Assembly (NCBI GenBank): GCA_005798825.1
Contig: SYIL01000004.1
Location: 37,769-101,768 of the forward strand
Direction: 5' to 3'
From: Bacteroidota bacterium
Lineage (GTDB): Bacteria > Bacteroidota > Bacteroidia > NS11-12g > UBA955
Length of the DNA: 64,000 nucleotides
The notes beneath the pieces were generated by a model, which saw only the letters and a program-made list of their open reading frames with translations, searched no databases and was not told the origin of the DNA. Position numbers and translations under genes: made by a program. How positions within the stretch are numbered: the stretch's first letter is position 1; each line of letters begins with the position of its first letter. This document shows, piece after piece, positions 19,753-29,194 of the stretch.

Positions 19753-21195
19753 ATGGGACACGGACACAATCATATTGAGGTAAAACAGGAGCAGTTTGTA
19801 TTTTCTCCCAAGGCAAAACGGTTTTCAATTATTTTGATGATTGTGGGACTGGTTTTTGCAGGTATTGGAATTTTTACGTTGGGGGGTTCAGACAATTCTC
19901 ATGCTCAGAAATCTTCCAATGTGAATCATAAAACAGAATCTTTGAGTGCTCAACCTCATTCGAAACACGATCAAAATTCTGGAACGGCGGTTTCACAAAC
20001 CAAAGAAAACCATTTAATCGGAGAAGAATCTCATGGCAATGAACCCAATGAGAAATTTGGGCCCCGCATGGTATTTCGTCCGTCTGAAAAGCCTGCATCA
20101 ACTCACATTTGGGCGAATTTATTGATAGTGGGTTATTTTTTCTTAATGATTTCCTTGGCTTCTGTTATGTGGTATACCATTCAACACGTAGCAAATGCGG
20201 GATGGTCAGTGGCAATTAAGCGTGTTCCTGAAGCAATGATGACGTTTATTCCAATTGGTTTTATAGTGCTAATGATTGCATTGTATTTTGGTAAAGACGA
20301 AATATACCACTGGGTCCATTATGAGCATTTGGGTTTGAAGCCAGGTGATGCGGGATATGATAAAATACTTGCTGGTAAATCAGGGTTTTTGAACAGTACT
20401 ATGTTATTTGCTTTTCCCACAGTTTTGGTGTCCATTTATTATTTATTAATGAGAAAACTGCGCAGTTTATCCGTTGAAGAAGATACCGCGACCAAGGGGG
20501 ATGCGTCGTTTTTCAAACGCAGTATTCGATTCAGTGCTGCATATACTGTATTGTTTGGTTTTACGATGTCGGTTTTGGTGTGGTTTGTTGTAATGAGTGT
20601 CGATGCACATTGGTACTCCACCATTTTTGGGGTTTATAATTTTATTACCCACTGGGTAACAAGTATAACCATCATCGCTTTCATTGTAGCCTATCTCAAA
20701 AAAGAAGGATATTTAGGGGTTGTAAGCAATGAACACATGCACGATTTGGGAAAATTTATGTTTGCCTTTACTGTTTTTTGGGCTTACTTATGGTGGTCTC
20801 AATATTTATTGATTTGGTATGCACAAATTCCCGAGGAAATGGCTTACTACCAACTTCGATTTGAAGACTACAAGTTCAATTTTCTACTCAATTTTCTTGT
20901 TTGTTTTGTTATTCCTTTCCTAGGACTACTGATGCGTTCCGCCAAGAGAAATCGTTACGTTTTGGGTATTGTCGGAAGCATTATGATTGTTGGGCATTAC
21001 CACGATGTATGGTTGATGGTTTTCCCCGGTATATTTGGTCCTGGAATGCAATTCGGATTCCTTGAATTGGGTACATTTCTTTTATTTGCGGGTATCTTCA
21101 TCTTTTGGGTATTTACAGCATTAACCAAACGGGGATTGATTGCTACCAACCATCCTTATATTGAAGAATCTGTAAACCATGATGTTGGTGTTTAA
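19753..21195 (+). CDS. actF: Alternative complex III ActF membrane subunit
   Basis: AGWS..KRVPE, MSVDAHWYSTIFG, HMHDLGKFMFAF and SQYLLIWYAQIPEE. Confidence 0.92.
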   Translation: MGHGHNHIEVKQEQFVFSPKAKRFSIILMIVGLVFAGIGIFTLGGSDNSHAQKSSNVNHKTESLSAQPHSKHDQNSGTAVSQTKENHLIGEESHGNEPNEKFGPRMVFRPSEKPASTHIWANLLIVGYFFLMISLASVMWYTIQHVANAGWSVAIKRVPEAMMTFIPIGFIVLMIALYFGKDEIYHWVHYEHLGLKPGDAGYDKILAGKSGFLNSTMLFAFPTVLVSIYYLLMRKLRSLSVEEDTATKGDASFFKRSIRFSAAYTVLFGFTMSVLVWFVVMSVDAHWYSTIFGVYNFITHWVTSITIIAFIVAYLKKEGYLGVVSNEHMHDLGKFMFAFTVFWAYLWWSQYLLIWYAQIPEEMAYYQLRFEDYKFNFLLNFLVCFVIPFLGLLMRSAKRNRYVLGIVGSIMIVGHYHDVWLMVFPGIFGPGMQFGFLELGTFLLFAGIFIFWVFTALTKRGLIATNHPYIEESVNHDVGV

Positions 21196-21208
21196 AGGAA
21201 TTCAAATT

Positions 21209-21249
21209 CCAATAAAAAGGCCATCCGTATAGGATGGCCTTTTTATTGG
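21209..21249. terminator. Strong intrinsic terminator (potentially bidirectional) after actF
   Basis: Perfect 18-bp inverted repeat CCAATAAAAAGGCCATCC-gtata-GGATGGCCTTTTTATTGG with A/T tracts on both sides. Confidence 0.9.
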
Positions 21250-21290
21250 GCGAGCGTATAAAAATCCAATTATTACCCAACGAGAAATCG

Positions 21291-21298
21291 TAATTTTG
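21291..21298 (+). promoter_or_regulatory. -7 box (TAATTTTG) for valS
   Basis: Exact TAnnTTTG, 5 nt before ATG 21304. Confidence 0.65.
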
Positions 21299-21303
21299 AA
21301 ATA

Positions 21304-23931
21304 ATGAATATCCATTCCATATACAAGCCTTCAGAAATTGAAGACAAATGGTATCAGTATTGGATGTCAAATAAGTATTTTAGTTCATCTCCCGATACAC
21401 GTGAAGCATACACAGTATTAATTCCTCCGCCCAATGTTACGGGTCTGCTTCATATGGGACATATGTTAAACATCACGATTCAAGATGTATTGGTTCGTCG
21501 TGCACGCATGTTGGGTTATAATGCATGCTGGGTTCCTGGTACCGACCATGCCAGTATTGCCACTGAAGCCAAAGTTGTAAAATTACTAGCGGACAAAGGA
21601 ATTTCTAAATCAATGATTGGTCGGGATGAATTCCTCACCCATGCATGGTCTTGGAAGGAAAAGTACGGCGGAATTATACTTGAACAATTGAAGAAATTGG
21701 GAGCCAGTTGTGATTGGGATCGTACCCGATTTACAATGGAACCTTCTTTATACGAAGCTGTTATTGATGTTTTTATCGATTTATATGATAAAGGCCTAAT
21801 CTACAGGGGTACAAAAATGGTTAATTGGGATCCTATAGGGCAGACCACCTTGAGTGACGAAGAGGTTGTATTTAAAGAAGTGGCGGATCAACTATACTAT
21901 GTTCGATACACTGGTGTCGATTTTGATGGGGAATTGATTGTAGCCACCACAAGACCCGAAACAATTGCAGGAGATGTTGCGGTGTGCGTTCATCCACAAG
22001 ATATCCGATACAAAAAATTCATTGGCAAAAAAGTTCGTGTTCCCTTGATTGGCCGCGAAGTGGAAATTATTGCCGATGAATATATAGACAAAGAATTTGG
22101 TACTGGTGTATTGAAAGTAACTCCAGCCCATGATATGAATGATTACAATATTGGCCTTCGGTTTAATTTACCTGTTATTGACACACTGAACGCCGATGGC
22201 AGTATTTCCAATGAAGGGAAACTTTTTATTGGCGAGGATCGATTTGTTGCAAAAAGAAAATGGATTGTACAACTAAAACAACAGGGTTTATTGGTCAAAC
22301 AAGAAAATCATAGCCACAATGTTGGATTTTCAGAACGAACCGATGCGGTGATTGAGCCACGCATAAGTACTCAGTGGTTTATGGACATGCAAAAATTCAT
22401 GAAACGAAATCCTGAAGTACTTTCATCTGTTTTAAGCGATGAAGTAAGATTTCATCCCCCAAAATTTAAAAATGCTTACCGTTACTGGATTGAAAATATC
22501 AAGGACTGGAATATATCCAGGCAACTTTGGTGGGGACACCGCATTCCTGCTTGGTATAATCAACAGGGAGACTGTGTGGTTGCAAAAACCATTCACCAGG
22601 CTATTCAAAAATTTGCCGAAAAAGGGATACACTTGGAAGCGAAAGACCTTGAACAAGATTCGGATGTATTGGATACTTGGTTTAGTTCATGGTTATGGCC
22701 AATTTCGGTATTTGACGGTATTGGCGAAAATGCAAATACCAAAGAACTTGATTATTATTATCCAAGTAATGATTTGGTTACAGGTCCAGACATTATGTTT
22801 TTCTGGGTGGCCCGGATGATTATGTCAGGCTATGAATACAAAGGAAAAGCCCCATTTAGCAATGTTTATTTCACAGGTATTGTTCGCGATAAACAGCGTC
22901 GGAAAATGAGTAAAAGTTTGGGGAATAGTCCAGATCCATTAGAGTTAATTCAAAAATTTGGTGCTGATGGCGTAAGGATGGGAATGTTGTTGTGTTCTCC
23001 TGCTGGGAATGAAATTTTATTTGATGAAAGTCAGGTTGAACAAGGTCGAAATTTTTGCAATAAAATATGGAATGCATTTAGGTTAATTCAGGGTTGGACA
23101 ATCGTCGAAGAACCCCCAACTGAAGCGTCAATTCAAGCATTAGAATATTTTGAAATACGATTACACACTGTATTGGTGGAGAATGAAAAACTCTTTTCCG
23201 AATTTAGACTTTCCGAAGCATTAATGTCTTTGTACAAGTTGATTTGGGACGATTTTTGTGCTATTTATTTGGAGGCGATCAAGCCCCATTTTGGTTTAGG
23301 AATAGAGAGACAAACGCTAGAGAAGACCCAATCTTTGCTGAAAACTTTAATGGGAATGTTACATCCCTACATGCCATTTATTACAGAGGAGATCTACCAA
23401 GCATTGCACAAGGGGGCTCCGCTTAATGCCTTGATCGTAAGTGATTACCCTCAGCCGAGTAAAACCCATGAGCAAACATTGGCACTAGAACCCATGCAAT
23501 TGATTTCAGAGATACGCAACTTGCGAAATGCCAAGGGCTTTTCTCCAAAGGAAACCTTAAAAATATATTTTCCCCAAGATGCATGGGTATTACACAAGAA
23601 AGCAGCGTTGATAGAAAAATTGGCAAATGTTGTAATTCAACAATCCGCCATTCATGACGACGACAGTAGTAAATTTCTTGTTTTGTTGATTGGTAAGTTT
23701 GAAGTTTCGGTTGTAATTCAACACAGCATTGACCTTGATAAACAAAAATCTGAATTGTTAAAAGGGAAGGCCTATTTCACGGGATTTATCACCAGTGTAT
23801 CCATTAAATTGGGAAACGAGAAATTCTTACAAAATGCAAATCCTGCAGTAGTAAAAATTGAAAAAAAGAAATTAAAAGATGCCCAGGATAAACTGCAAAT
23901 AATTGAAAAACAATTAATTAAAATGGGCTAG
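21304..23931 (+). CDS. valS: Valine--tRNA ligase
   Basis: PPPNVTG..HMGH (HIGH), ATTRPET, GTGVLKVTPAHD, DWNISRQLWWGHRIP, KMSKS and C-terminal coiled coil. Confidence 0.97.
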   Translation: MNIHSIYKPSEIEDKWYQYWMSNKYFSSSPDTREAYTVLIPPPNVTGLLHMGHMLNITIQDVLVRRARMLGYNACWVPGTDHASIATEAKVVKLLADKGISKSMIGRDEFLTHAWSWKEKYGGIILEQLKKLGASCDWDRTRFTMEPSLYEAVIDVFIDLYDKGLIYRGTKMVNWDPIGQTTLSDEEVVFKEVADQLYYVRYTGVDFDGELIVATTRPETIAGDVAVCVHPQDIRYKKFIGKKVRVPLIGREVEIIADEYIDKEFGTGVLKVTPAHDMNDYNIGLRFNLPVIDTLNADGSISNEGKLFIGEDRFVAKRKWIVQLKQQGLLVKQENHSHNVGFSERTDAVIEPRISTQWFMDMQKFMKRNPEVLSSVLSDEVRFHPPKFKNAYRYWIENIKDWNISRQLWWGHRIPAWYNQQGDCVVAKTIHQAIQKFAEKGIHLEAKDLEQDSDVLDTWFSSWLWPISVFDGIGENANTKELDYYYPSNDLVTGPDIMFFWVARMIMSGYEYKGKAPFSNVYFTGIVRDKQRRKMSKSLGNSPDPLELIQKFGADGVRMGMLLCSPAGNEILFDESQVEQGRNFCNKIWNAFRLIQGWTIVEEPPTEASIQALEYFEIRLHTVLVENEKLFSEFRLSEALMSLYKLIWDDFCAIYLEAIKPHFGLGIERQTLEKTQSLLKTLMGMLHPYMPFITEEIYQALHKGAPLNALIVSDYPQPSKTHEQTLALEPMQLISEIRNLRNAKGFSPKETLKIYFPQDAWVLHKKAALIEKLANVVIQQSAIHDDDSSKFLVLLIGKFEVSVVIQHSIDLDKQKSELLKGKAYFTGFITSVSIKLGNEKFLQNANPAVVKIEKKKLKDAQDKLQIIEKQLIKMG

Positions 23932-24045
23932 TTAGGGTATGATTTTTGTTTACATCCAATACATATTCTACAATGAGTTTTTCAATTGACAAGTTTACAA
24001 AAGAGTAAATTCGTCAACTAAGATTTTACAATCAATTTAGCAAAA

Positions 24046-25371
24046 TTATTTTTTTGATTTTAAGTGGGCGATATGGTAGTCGCCAACCTGATTGCCGAGC
24101 TGTTTTCCTGCAATATTGCCTTCCATAAAGTGAATGCCACCGTATACACGGGAAATACAAGCTTGATCACTGGCTTCACGGAAATTTTTAAAATTACGAA
24201 CACCTAATCCAAACTCATATTCTGCGCTATCGGTAAAAGAATATTCACCAAATATTGCTGTTAATACAGTAGCTGCAGCACTTGAAACAGTGCTGTGACC
24301 GGACGGGAATTCTGGAAATGCAGGGGTTTGGATGGGTGGTGTCCAACTCGAATCTATAAGTTGCTGTATAGCCGAAATGGGCCGAACATATTCCTCTTTG
24401 TATTTCACATACCAACAAGTAATAAAGGCATCAAAAATGGCAGAAGAAAGATGAAGCATTCCATCTGCTGACTGAATTAAAGAGTAATTTTTTTGTCTTG
24501 CGACGTTTGAAAACATTGATAACCAATGACCTGCAGGAGAAATTTTGAGTATGTTGATGGTAGCATGTCCATAATGAACAGAGGCATTTGGATTGTCATC
24601 CCAATACAGGGCTGTTGCAAGGTTTGATTTGTTATTTAGATTAACAGTTGTGTATACATCGTTGGCAATTTGAAAAAAACGTGATTTTTTGCCGGAATCA
24701 AATTTCGCAGGCGCAGAATACGAAAAATAGCGGGGTGATTTCAATAAAACAGGTCTAATTTTACCCCAATTTGGCTCAATTGCATCCATAAAATCTGGAG
24801 CAGTGGGTTCCCATTTCCCGGGACTATTTTTGGCAAGGTAAAATTCGCGACCCCTGTAATAATTAAAAGAATCAAATGTTGACCATTCAACAATGTGCTT
24901 GCCAATTAAATCACCATAGGCAACAGATGCTTCGAACATTGACAATGACATTTTAGGCTTATACAATGCAAATTGCCGTTTTCTAAAAAAGATAATAGAA
25001 TCTTCTTTATACACGAGTTTTTGACTAACATAAGTGTGTGCAGATAGAGCAACAAGGTCTAAACAGTATCTTAGGGAGGTGTCTGGTTTAGGCAAAGCAC
25101 TTAGGCCGTTTAATGCAGGTGCTACACTTTGGTAATCGGGGTAGAATGGTACCAAAGATTCATAGGCAGCGATCGAGGCGTACACATACCTTCGTGAGCC
25201 TACAGGGGCAGCAACTCGATCAACAACAATTGCATTTTGGATGGATATATTACACAAAGACAAAATATCATTTTGGATAATGCGATTTTGGGTTTCTGAG
25301 GGTTGTCCGCAGTGAACCAAAAATTGCGATAAAAACAGAGTGTATAATAAGGGTGTTCGTGTAAATTTCAT
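24046..25371 (-). CDS. Vanadium-dependent haloperoxidase / PAP2-superfamily lipoprotein
   Basis: KYKEEYVRP, PEFPSGHS and SRVYGGIHF vanadate/phosphate-binding motifs. Start moved to ATG 25371 (MKFTRTPLL...FLVHC lipoprotein signal). Confidence 0.8.
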   Translation of the reverse strand: MKFTRTPLLYTLFLSQFLVHCGQPSETQNRIIQNDILSLCNISIQNAIVVDRVAAPVGSRRYVYASIAAYESLVPFYPDYQSVAPALNGLSALPKPDTSLRYCLDLVALSAHTYVSQKLVYKEDSIIFFRKRQFALYKPKMSLSMFEASVAYGDLIGKHIVEWSTFDSFNYYRGREFYLAKNSPGKWEPTAPDFMDAIEPNWGKIRPVLLKSPRYFSYSAPAKFDSGKKSRFFQIANDVYTTVNLNNKSNLATALYWDDNPNASVHYGHATINILKISPAGHWLSMFSNVARQKNYSLIQSADGMLHLSSAIFDAFITCWYVKYKEEYVRPISAIQQLIDSSWTPPIQTPAFPEFPSGHSTVSSAAATVLTAIFGEYSFTDSAEYEFGLGVRNFKNFREASDQACISRVYGGIHFMEGNIAGKQLGNQVGDYHIAHLKSKK

Positions 25372-25373
25372 AT

Positions 25374-25416
25374 TGGTAGCGTAAAATCTACAAATACCAA
25401 AAAATGGTAGCGTAAA
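25374..25416. repeat. 12-bp perfect direct repeat TGGTAGCGTAAA x2
   Basis: Copies at 25374-25385 and 25405-25416 (31-bp period) in the spacer upstream of the haloperoxidase-like gene. Confidence 0.85.
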
Positions 25417-25420
25417 TATA

Positions 25421-25576
25421 TTAGTTGCTTTCTTGGTCCTCCAAAACAATTCCGGAAGTTCCTTTGAAAGGAGAAGCAATGTTTATAACCATTTTCAAGC
25501 GCTTAATATCTTGAACGCGTTTTGTGGTTCTGCTTCGATTTTTAGCTTCTTTTCGTTTGAGTCTTGTAACAGCCAT
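25421..25576 (-). CDS. Small basic protein (51 aa), function unknown
   Basis: Manual translation MAVTRLKRKEAKNRSRTTKRVQDIKRLKMVINIASPFKGTSGIVLEDQESN*. Has its own -7 box TAGTTTTG (25595-25602) and fills the intergenic gap. Confidence 0.75.
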   Translation of the reverse strand: MAVTRLKRKEAKNRSRTTKRVQDIKRLKMVINIASPFKGTSGIVLEDQESN

Positions 25577-25594
25577 GGTATAAAATTTAGTGTG

Positions 25595-25602
25595 CAAAAC
25601 TA
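25595..25602 (-). promoter_or_regulatory. -7 box (TAGTTTTG) for the small basic ORF
   Basis: Exact TAnnTTTG followed by CA, 18 nt before ATG 25576. Confidence 0.65.
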
Positions 25603-25647
25603 ATCAATTATCTTGATTTCTACAATTAAAAACATAAATACATTCAA

Positions 25648-28600
25648 TTATAGGCGTCTTCCATTTACAGCATAAAATTCGATATTGCCAACACCTTGTG
25701 TTTTCCAAATTCCTGGACAAGGAGCACTAAGGTATCCATTACCCGAAGCTAGACTCACATATTTAATATTGCCATTTACAATTACATGAGCATAGAGGGC
25801 ATTTTTTGGAGCCTTAACAAATAATACATTGAGTGGTTTATTGCCTTTTTGGGTAATTTCAAATCCTTTAGCTTGTGAATTATTGTTGGCGATAATGAGT
25901 TTAACACCATTCGATTTCGTGGGTAATAGTGTCATGCTCTTTCCATCTTCTTGATTGTATATACCCAATTGAGAACCTGGTCGATAAGAAAATTCTCCAT
26001 TATTGTTAAACAAAACAAAACTTGGCATGGCATCATCACGACCGTGCGGAACACGGGTATTATAATTATTGCCTGTGCAAATAATATCATCAAATCCGTT
26101 GCCGTCCACATCGAATGCTTGCATTCCAAATAGGGGGGAAGATTGTGCGATGAAAGGCAATGGTTTAAATTCAAATTTCCCCCCATTATTGAGAACCAGG
26201 AAACTCGAAAAATTGCTTGCGGTAAGGCTGTTTTGATTTAAAGATTCTGTACCAAAAACATCAACCATTGTTTTTCCAGCAAATTCGGTATACGTGGTGA
26301 ATTTTTTATTGATAAATCCGGGATAGGCTTTACCCATTTCATCCATGGTAAAAAGCGGGTATTCAGCACCATTGTACCTGTAGCTCATGGCTATATCCTG
26401 ACGGCCATTTTTATCAAAGTCAGCCCAATAAACCTTGCATGGACTTGAAGCATTGGCTTGAATAAAACTATTATTGCCTTTGTTACCAAGCACAAAATCT
26501 AAGTCTCCATCATTGTCGATATCAATCGGCAATACGCTATTCATCCAACCCGAAATTGTCGGATCGCCAACTTCAGATGTTTTATTTACAAATTTTCCGT
26601 TGACATTTTCCATAAAAATCAGCGGCATCCATTCTCCCGCCAAAACCAAATCGGGCTTTCCGTCACCACTGTAATCTGCAAAAACTGCAGCACAAATCAT
26701 TCCGGCGAATTCTAAATCCGGAGCAATCGCACGTGTGACATCTTTGAATTTGCCATTGTTATTTTGCAAGATATAGCTGCGAACTTCCAATGTTGGGTAA
26801 TTTCCTGGCATGGTTCTTCCAGCTACAAATAAGTCTAAGTCGCCATCGGCATCAAAATCAGCAGCGCTAACAGCGCTTCCGCTCGTTACGACATTGGGTA
26901 ACAGGCCCCTACTTTCAGTGTAATTTCCCTTCCCATCATTCAAATACAATTTGTGTTCGTATTTAACAGAGGGCCATTCAAATTCAGAACCACCAACTGA
27001 AACATATAAATCCTGATCCCCGTCGTTGTCCGAATCAAAAAATAATGAACCCATTACATCTGTATCTAAATTGCGCCAAGGTTGACTTGTGGACAGTTTC
27101 AAAGTTCCCAATGCATCATTTGATTGTAAATACAAACAAGAGCCCTTACTTTCTCTTGCATTGCCTATAAAAACATCTATTAATCCATCACCATTCACAT
27201 CAGCGGAAGACACGCCTGGACCAAGCATGGTGTACCTGTGAGGCAGCAGTGACTCACGCTTAAAATCAGGATTTTCTTGCTCCAAATGAATAAAATTCAT
27301 GCCCCAAAGCAGGCCATTTTCCGTAAAATAATTTCCTTGATTGCTGGAATGGATTCTGGCCTCACTCAGCAGTGCATCGTTGCTATTGAGCGTCAAGGTT
27401 TGATCGGTACTAATATTCTGTATGATTTGTGTTTTTCCGTTTGGCCAAACAATCGTCAACTTGACAAGTTTGTCTTTTGTCCCCATACCAATATGTATCA
27501 TTGGCTCAGAAGAACTTTGATACCCCTTGGACATTTGCATTTCAAATTTTCGGACAGCACCAGATTCGTCTTCTACATAAATCTGACAACCCACACCAAA
27601 CTTGTTTTGTCCAGATTCGCCTTTGCAAATTATATTTAGATAATGATTGGTTTGATTGACATTCTTATAAACCATGGGCGATTCATTTTGGTTGCATACA
27701 ACCAAGTCCAAACGGCCATCTCCGTCAAGGTCACCCGTAGCTGAACCCGTGCTGTGTGTAATATCATCAAGACCTAATTCTGCTGCATAATTCAAAAATC
27801 CATTTCCATTTTGATTCATAAACAAAAAATTTTGAATTTTTTCGTATGGCAGTTTTTGCAATAATTCTTCATGGGTAAGGGCGCGCTTTTTTTGTTGTTC
27901 AATTCTACTTTGAAACAATACAAAGTCTAAGTTCGTTACATCTCTATAATAGCCATTCGAAATAAACAAGTCGGTAAATCCATCATCGTTAAAGTCGGAT
28001 AGTATAGGACTCCAACTCCAGTCCGATTTGGCTATGCCGTATAAATATGACAAATCTGAAAAGTGGCCATTGCCAAGATTCATTTGCAGGGTGTTTTTTA
28101 AATATTGATGTTCATAGCCGTTTTTTATGCCCACCATCGTATAATCATAATCTTTGGGACCCATCAGCGACATAAATCTCTTGGGATTCTCAGAAAGCAT
28201 ATCAACGGTTACCAAATCACTCCATCCATCATTGTTTATATCCGCGACATCGCTTCCCATACTATTTGTACTGCTGTGTTTAAACTGGGTATTGAACTTA
28301 TTTGAGAAAGTGCCATCGCCATTGTTTATATAATAGAAATCTGGCACATGGTAATCATTGCATATGTAAAGGTCAACAAAACCGTCATTATTATAATCAG
28401 CCGCAGCAGCACTTAAACAATATCCCATCGCCAAAATACCCGCTTTATCAGAAATATCGACAAATTTTGTTCCGTCATTTCTAAAAAAATACTGTTGGTT
28501 GTGTTTGTCTAGGTTTAGCGAACGGGAATAGGGAGTATTTATATTGGAAAAGAACTGATCCGCGTGGTTTCCAAGATAAAAATCCAAATCCCCATCATTG

Positions 28601-29151
28601 TCGAAATCAAAAAAGCTTGCACAAGTTGCATTTCCATCGTTATCAACGCCCCATGCCGCAGATTCCTCTCTAAAGGTTTCGTTTTTTTGATTAATAAATA
28701 GCTTATTTCGTTTGGAACTGTTCTTCTTTATTGGGCCAGATGAGCATACGTATATATCGAGCCATCCGTCATTGTTTACATCAACCATCGTCACGCCTGT
28801 CATCCACTGGTTTGTTTCGGTACCACTGGTTTTTGTGATGTCTTTAAATGAGAATTCTCCTTGGTTGAGATAGAGTTTAGAAGATGTCTCGTTGCCACTG
28901 AAATATAAATCGGGTTTGCCATCGTTGTTGATATCCCCAATGGCCACTCCATTGCCGTTGTATAAATAGTGATAGATAAACTGATTTAAAGAATCATTCT
29001 CCGGGATTGTATTAATGAAATCAATGCCTGTTTGAGAGGCTTCTATTTTTTGAAATAATTTATTGCTTGTTTCTCCATCAGATTGTTTGCATGAATAGGA
29101 CAGAAGAACCATTAAAATGATTGAAACGATAACAGGACAATTAGATTTCAT
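25648..29151 (-). CDS. FG-GAP/VCBS-repeat, ASPIC/UnbV-domain (CRTAC1-like) lipoprotein
   Basis: Lipobox LSYSC. Many DxDxDGxxD repeats (GDINNDGKPD, DFDNDGDLD, DVNGDGLID). GYQSSSEPMIHIGMG...IVWPNG ASPIC/UnbV motif. -7 box TAATTTTG at 29174-29181. Confidence 0.88.
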   Translation of the reverse strand: MKSNCPVIVSIILMVLLSYSCKQSDGETSNKLFQKIEASQTGIDFINTIPENDSLNQFIYHYLYNGNGVAIGDINNDGKPDLYFSGNETSSKLYLNQGEFSFKDITKTSGTETNQWMTGVTMVDVNNDGWLDIYVCSSGPIKKNSSKRNKLFINQKNETFREESAAWGVDNDGNATCASFFDFDNDGDLDFYLGNHADQFFSNINTPYSRSLNLDKHNQQYFFRNDGTKFVDISDKAGILAMGYCLSAAAADYNNDGFVDLYICNDYHVPDFYYINNGDGTFSNKFNTQFKHSSTNSMGSDVADINNDGWSDLVTVDMLSENPKRFMSLMGPKDYDYTMVGIKNGYEHQYLKNTLQMNLGNGHFSDLSYLYGIAKSDWSWSPILSDFNDDGFTDLFISNGYYRDVTNLDFVLFQSRIEQQKKRALTHEELLQKLPYEKIQNFLFMNQNGNGFLNYAAELGLDDITHSTGSATGDLDGDGRLDLVVCNQNESPMVYKNVNQTNHYLNIICKGESGQNKFGVGCQIYVEDESGAVRKFEMQMSKGYQSSSEPMIHIGMGTKDKLVKLTIVWPNGKTQIIQNISTDQTLTLNSNDALLSEARIHSSNQGNYFTENGLLWGMNFIHLEQENPDFKRESLLPHRYTMLGPGVSSADVNGDGLIDVFIGNARESKGSCLYLQSNDALGTLKLSTSQPWRNLDTDVMGSLFFDSDNDGDQDLYVSVGGSEFEWPSVKYEHKLYLNDGKGNYTESRGLLPNVVTSGSAVSAADFDADGDLDLFVAGRTMPGNYPTLEVRSYILQNNNGKFKDVTRAIAPDLEFAGMICAAVFADYSGDGKPDLVLAGEWMPLIFMENVNGKFVNKTSEVGDPTISGWMNSVLPIDIDNDGDLDFVLGNKGNNSFIQANASSPCKVYWADFDKNGRQDIAMSYRYNGAEYPLFTMDEMGKAYPGFINKKFTTYTEFAGKTMVDVFGTESLNQNSLTASNFSSFLVLNNGGKFEFKPLPFIAQSSPLFGMQAFDVDGNGFDDIICTGNNYNTRVPHGRDDAMPSFVLFNNNGEFSYRPGSQLGIYNQEDGKSMTLLPTKSNGVKLIIANNNSQAKGFEITQKGNKPLNVLFVKAPKNALYAHVIVNGNIKYVSLASGNGYLSAPCPGIWKTQGVGNIEFYAVNGRRL

Positions 29152-29194
29152 AGTTACAATATATTATAATGTACAAAATTACGAAAAACTGAAG

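Noticed and set aside
25372-25479. N-terminal extension of the haloperoxidase-like ORF
   Set aside because: It overlaps the small basic ORF in another frame. The lipoprotein signal starts at ATG 25371.
25648-29151. Repetitive DNA suggesting an array
   Set aside because: The repeats are degenerate protein-level FG-GAP motifs, not a CRISPR or nucleotide tandem array.
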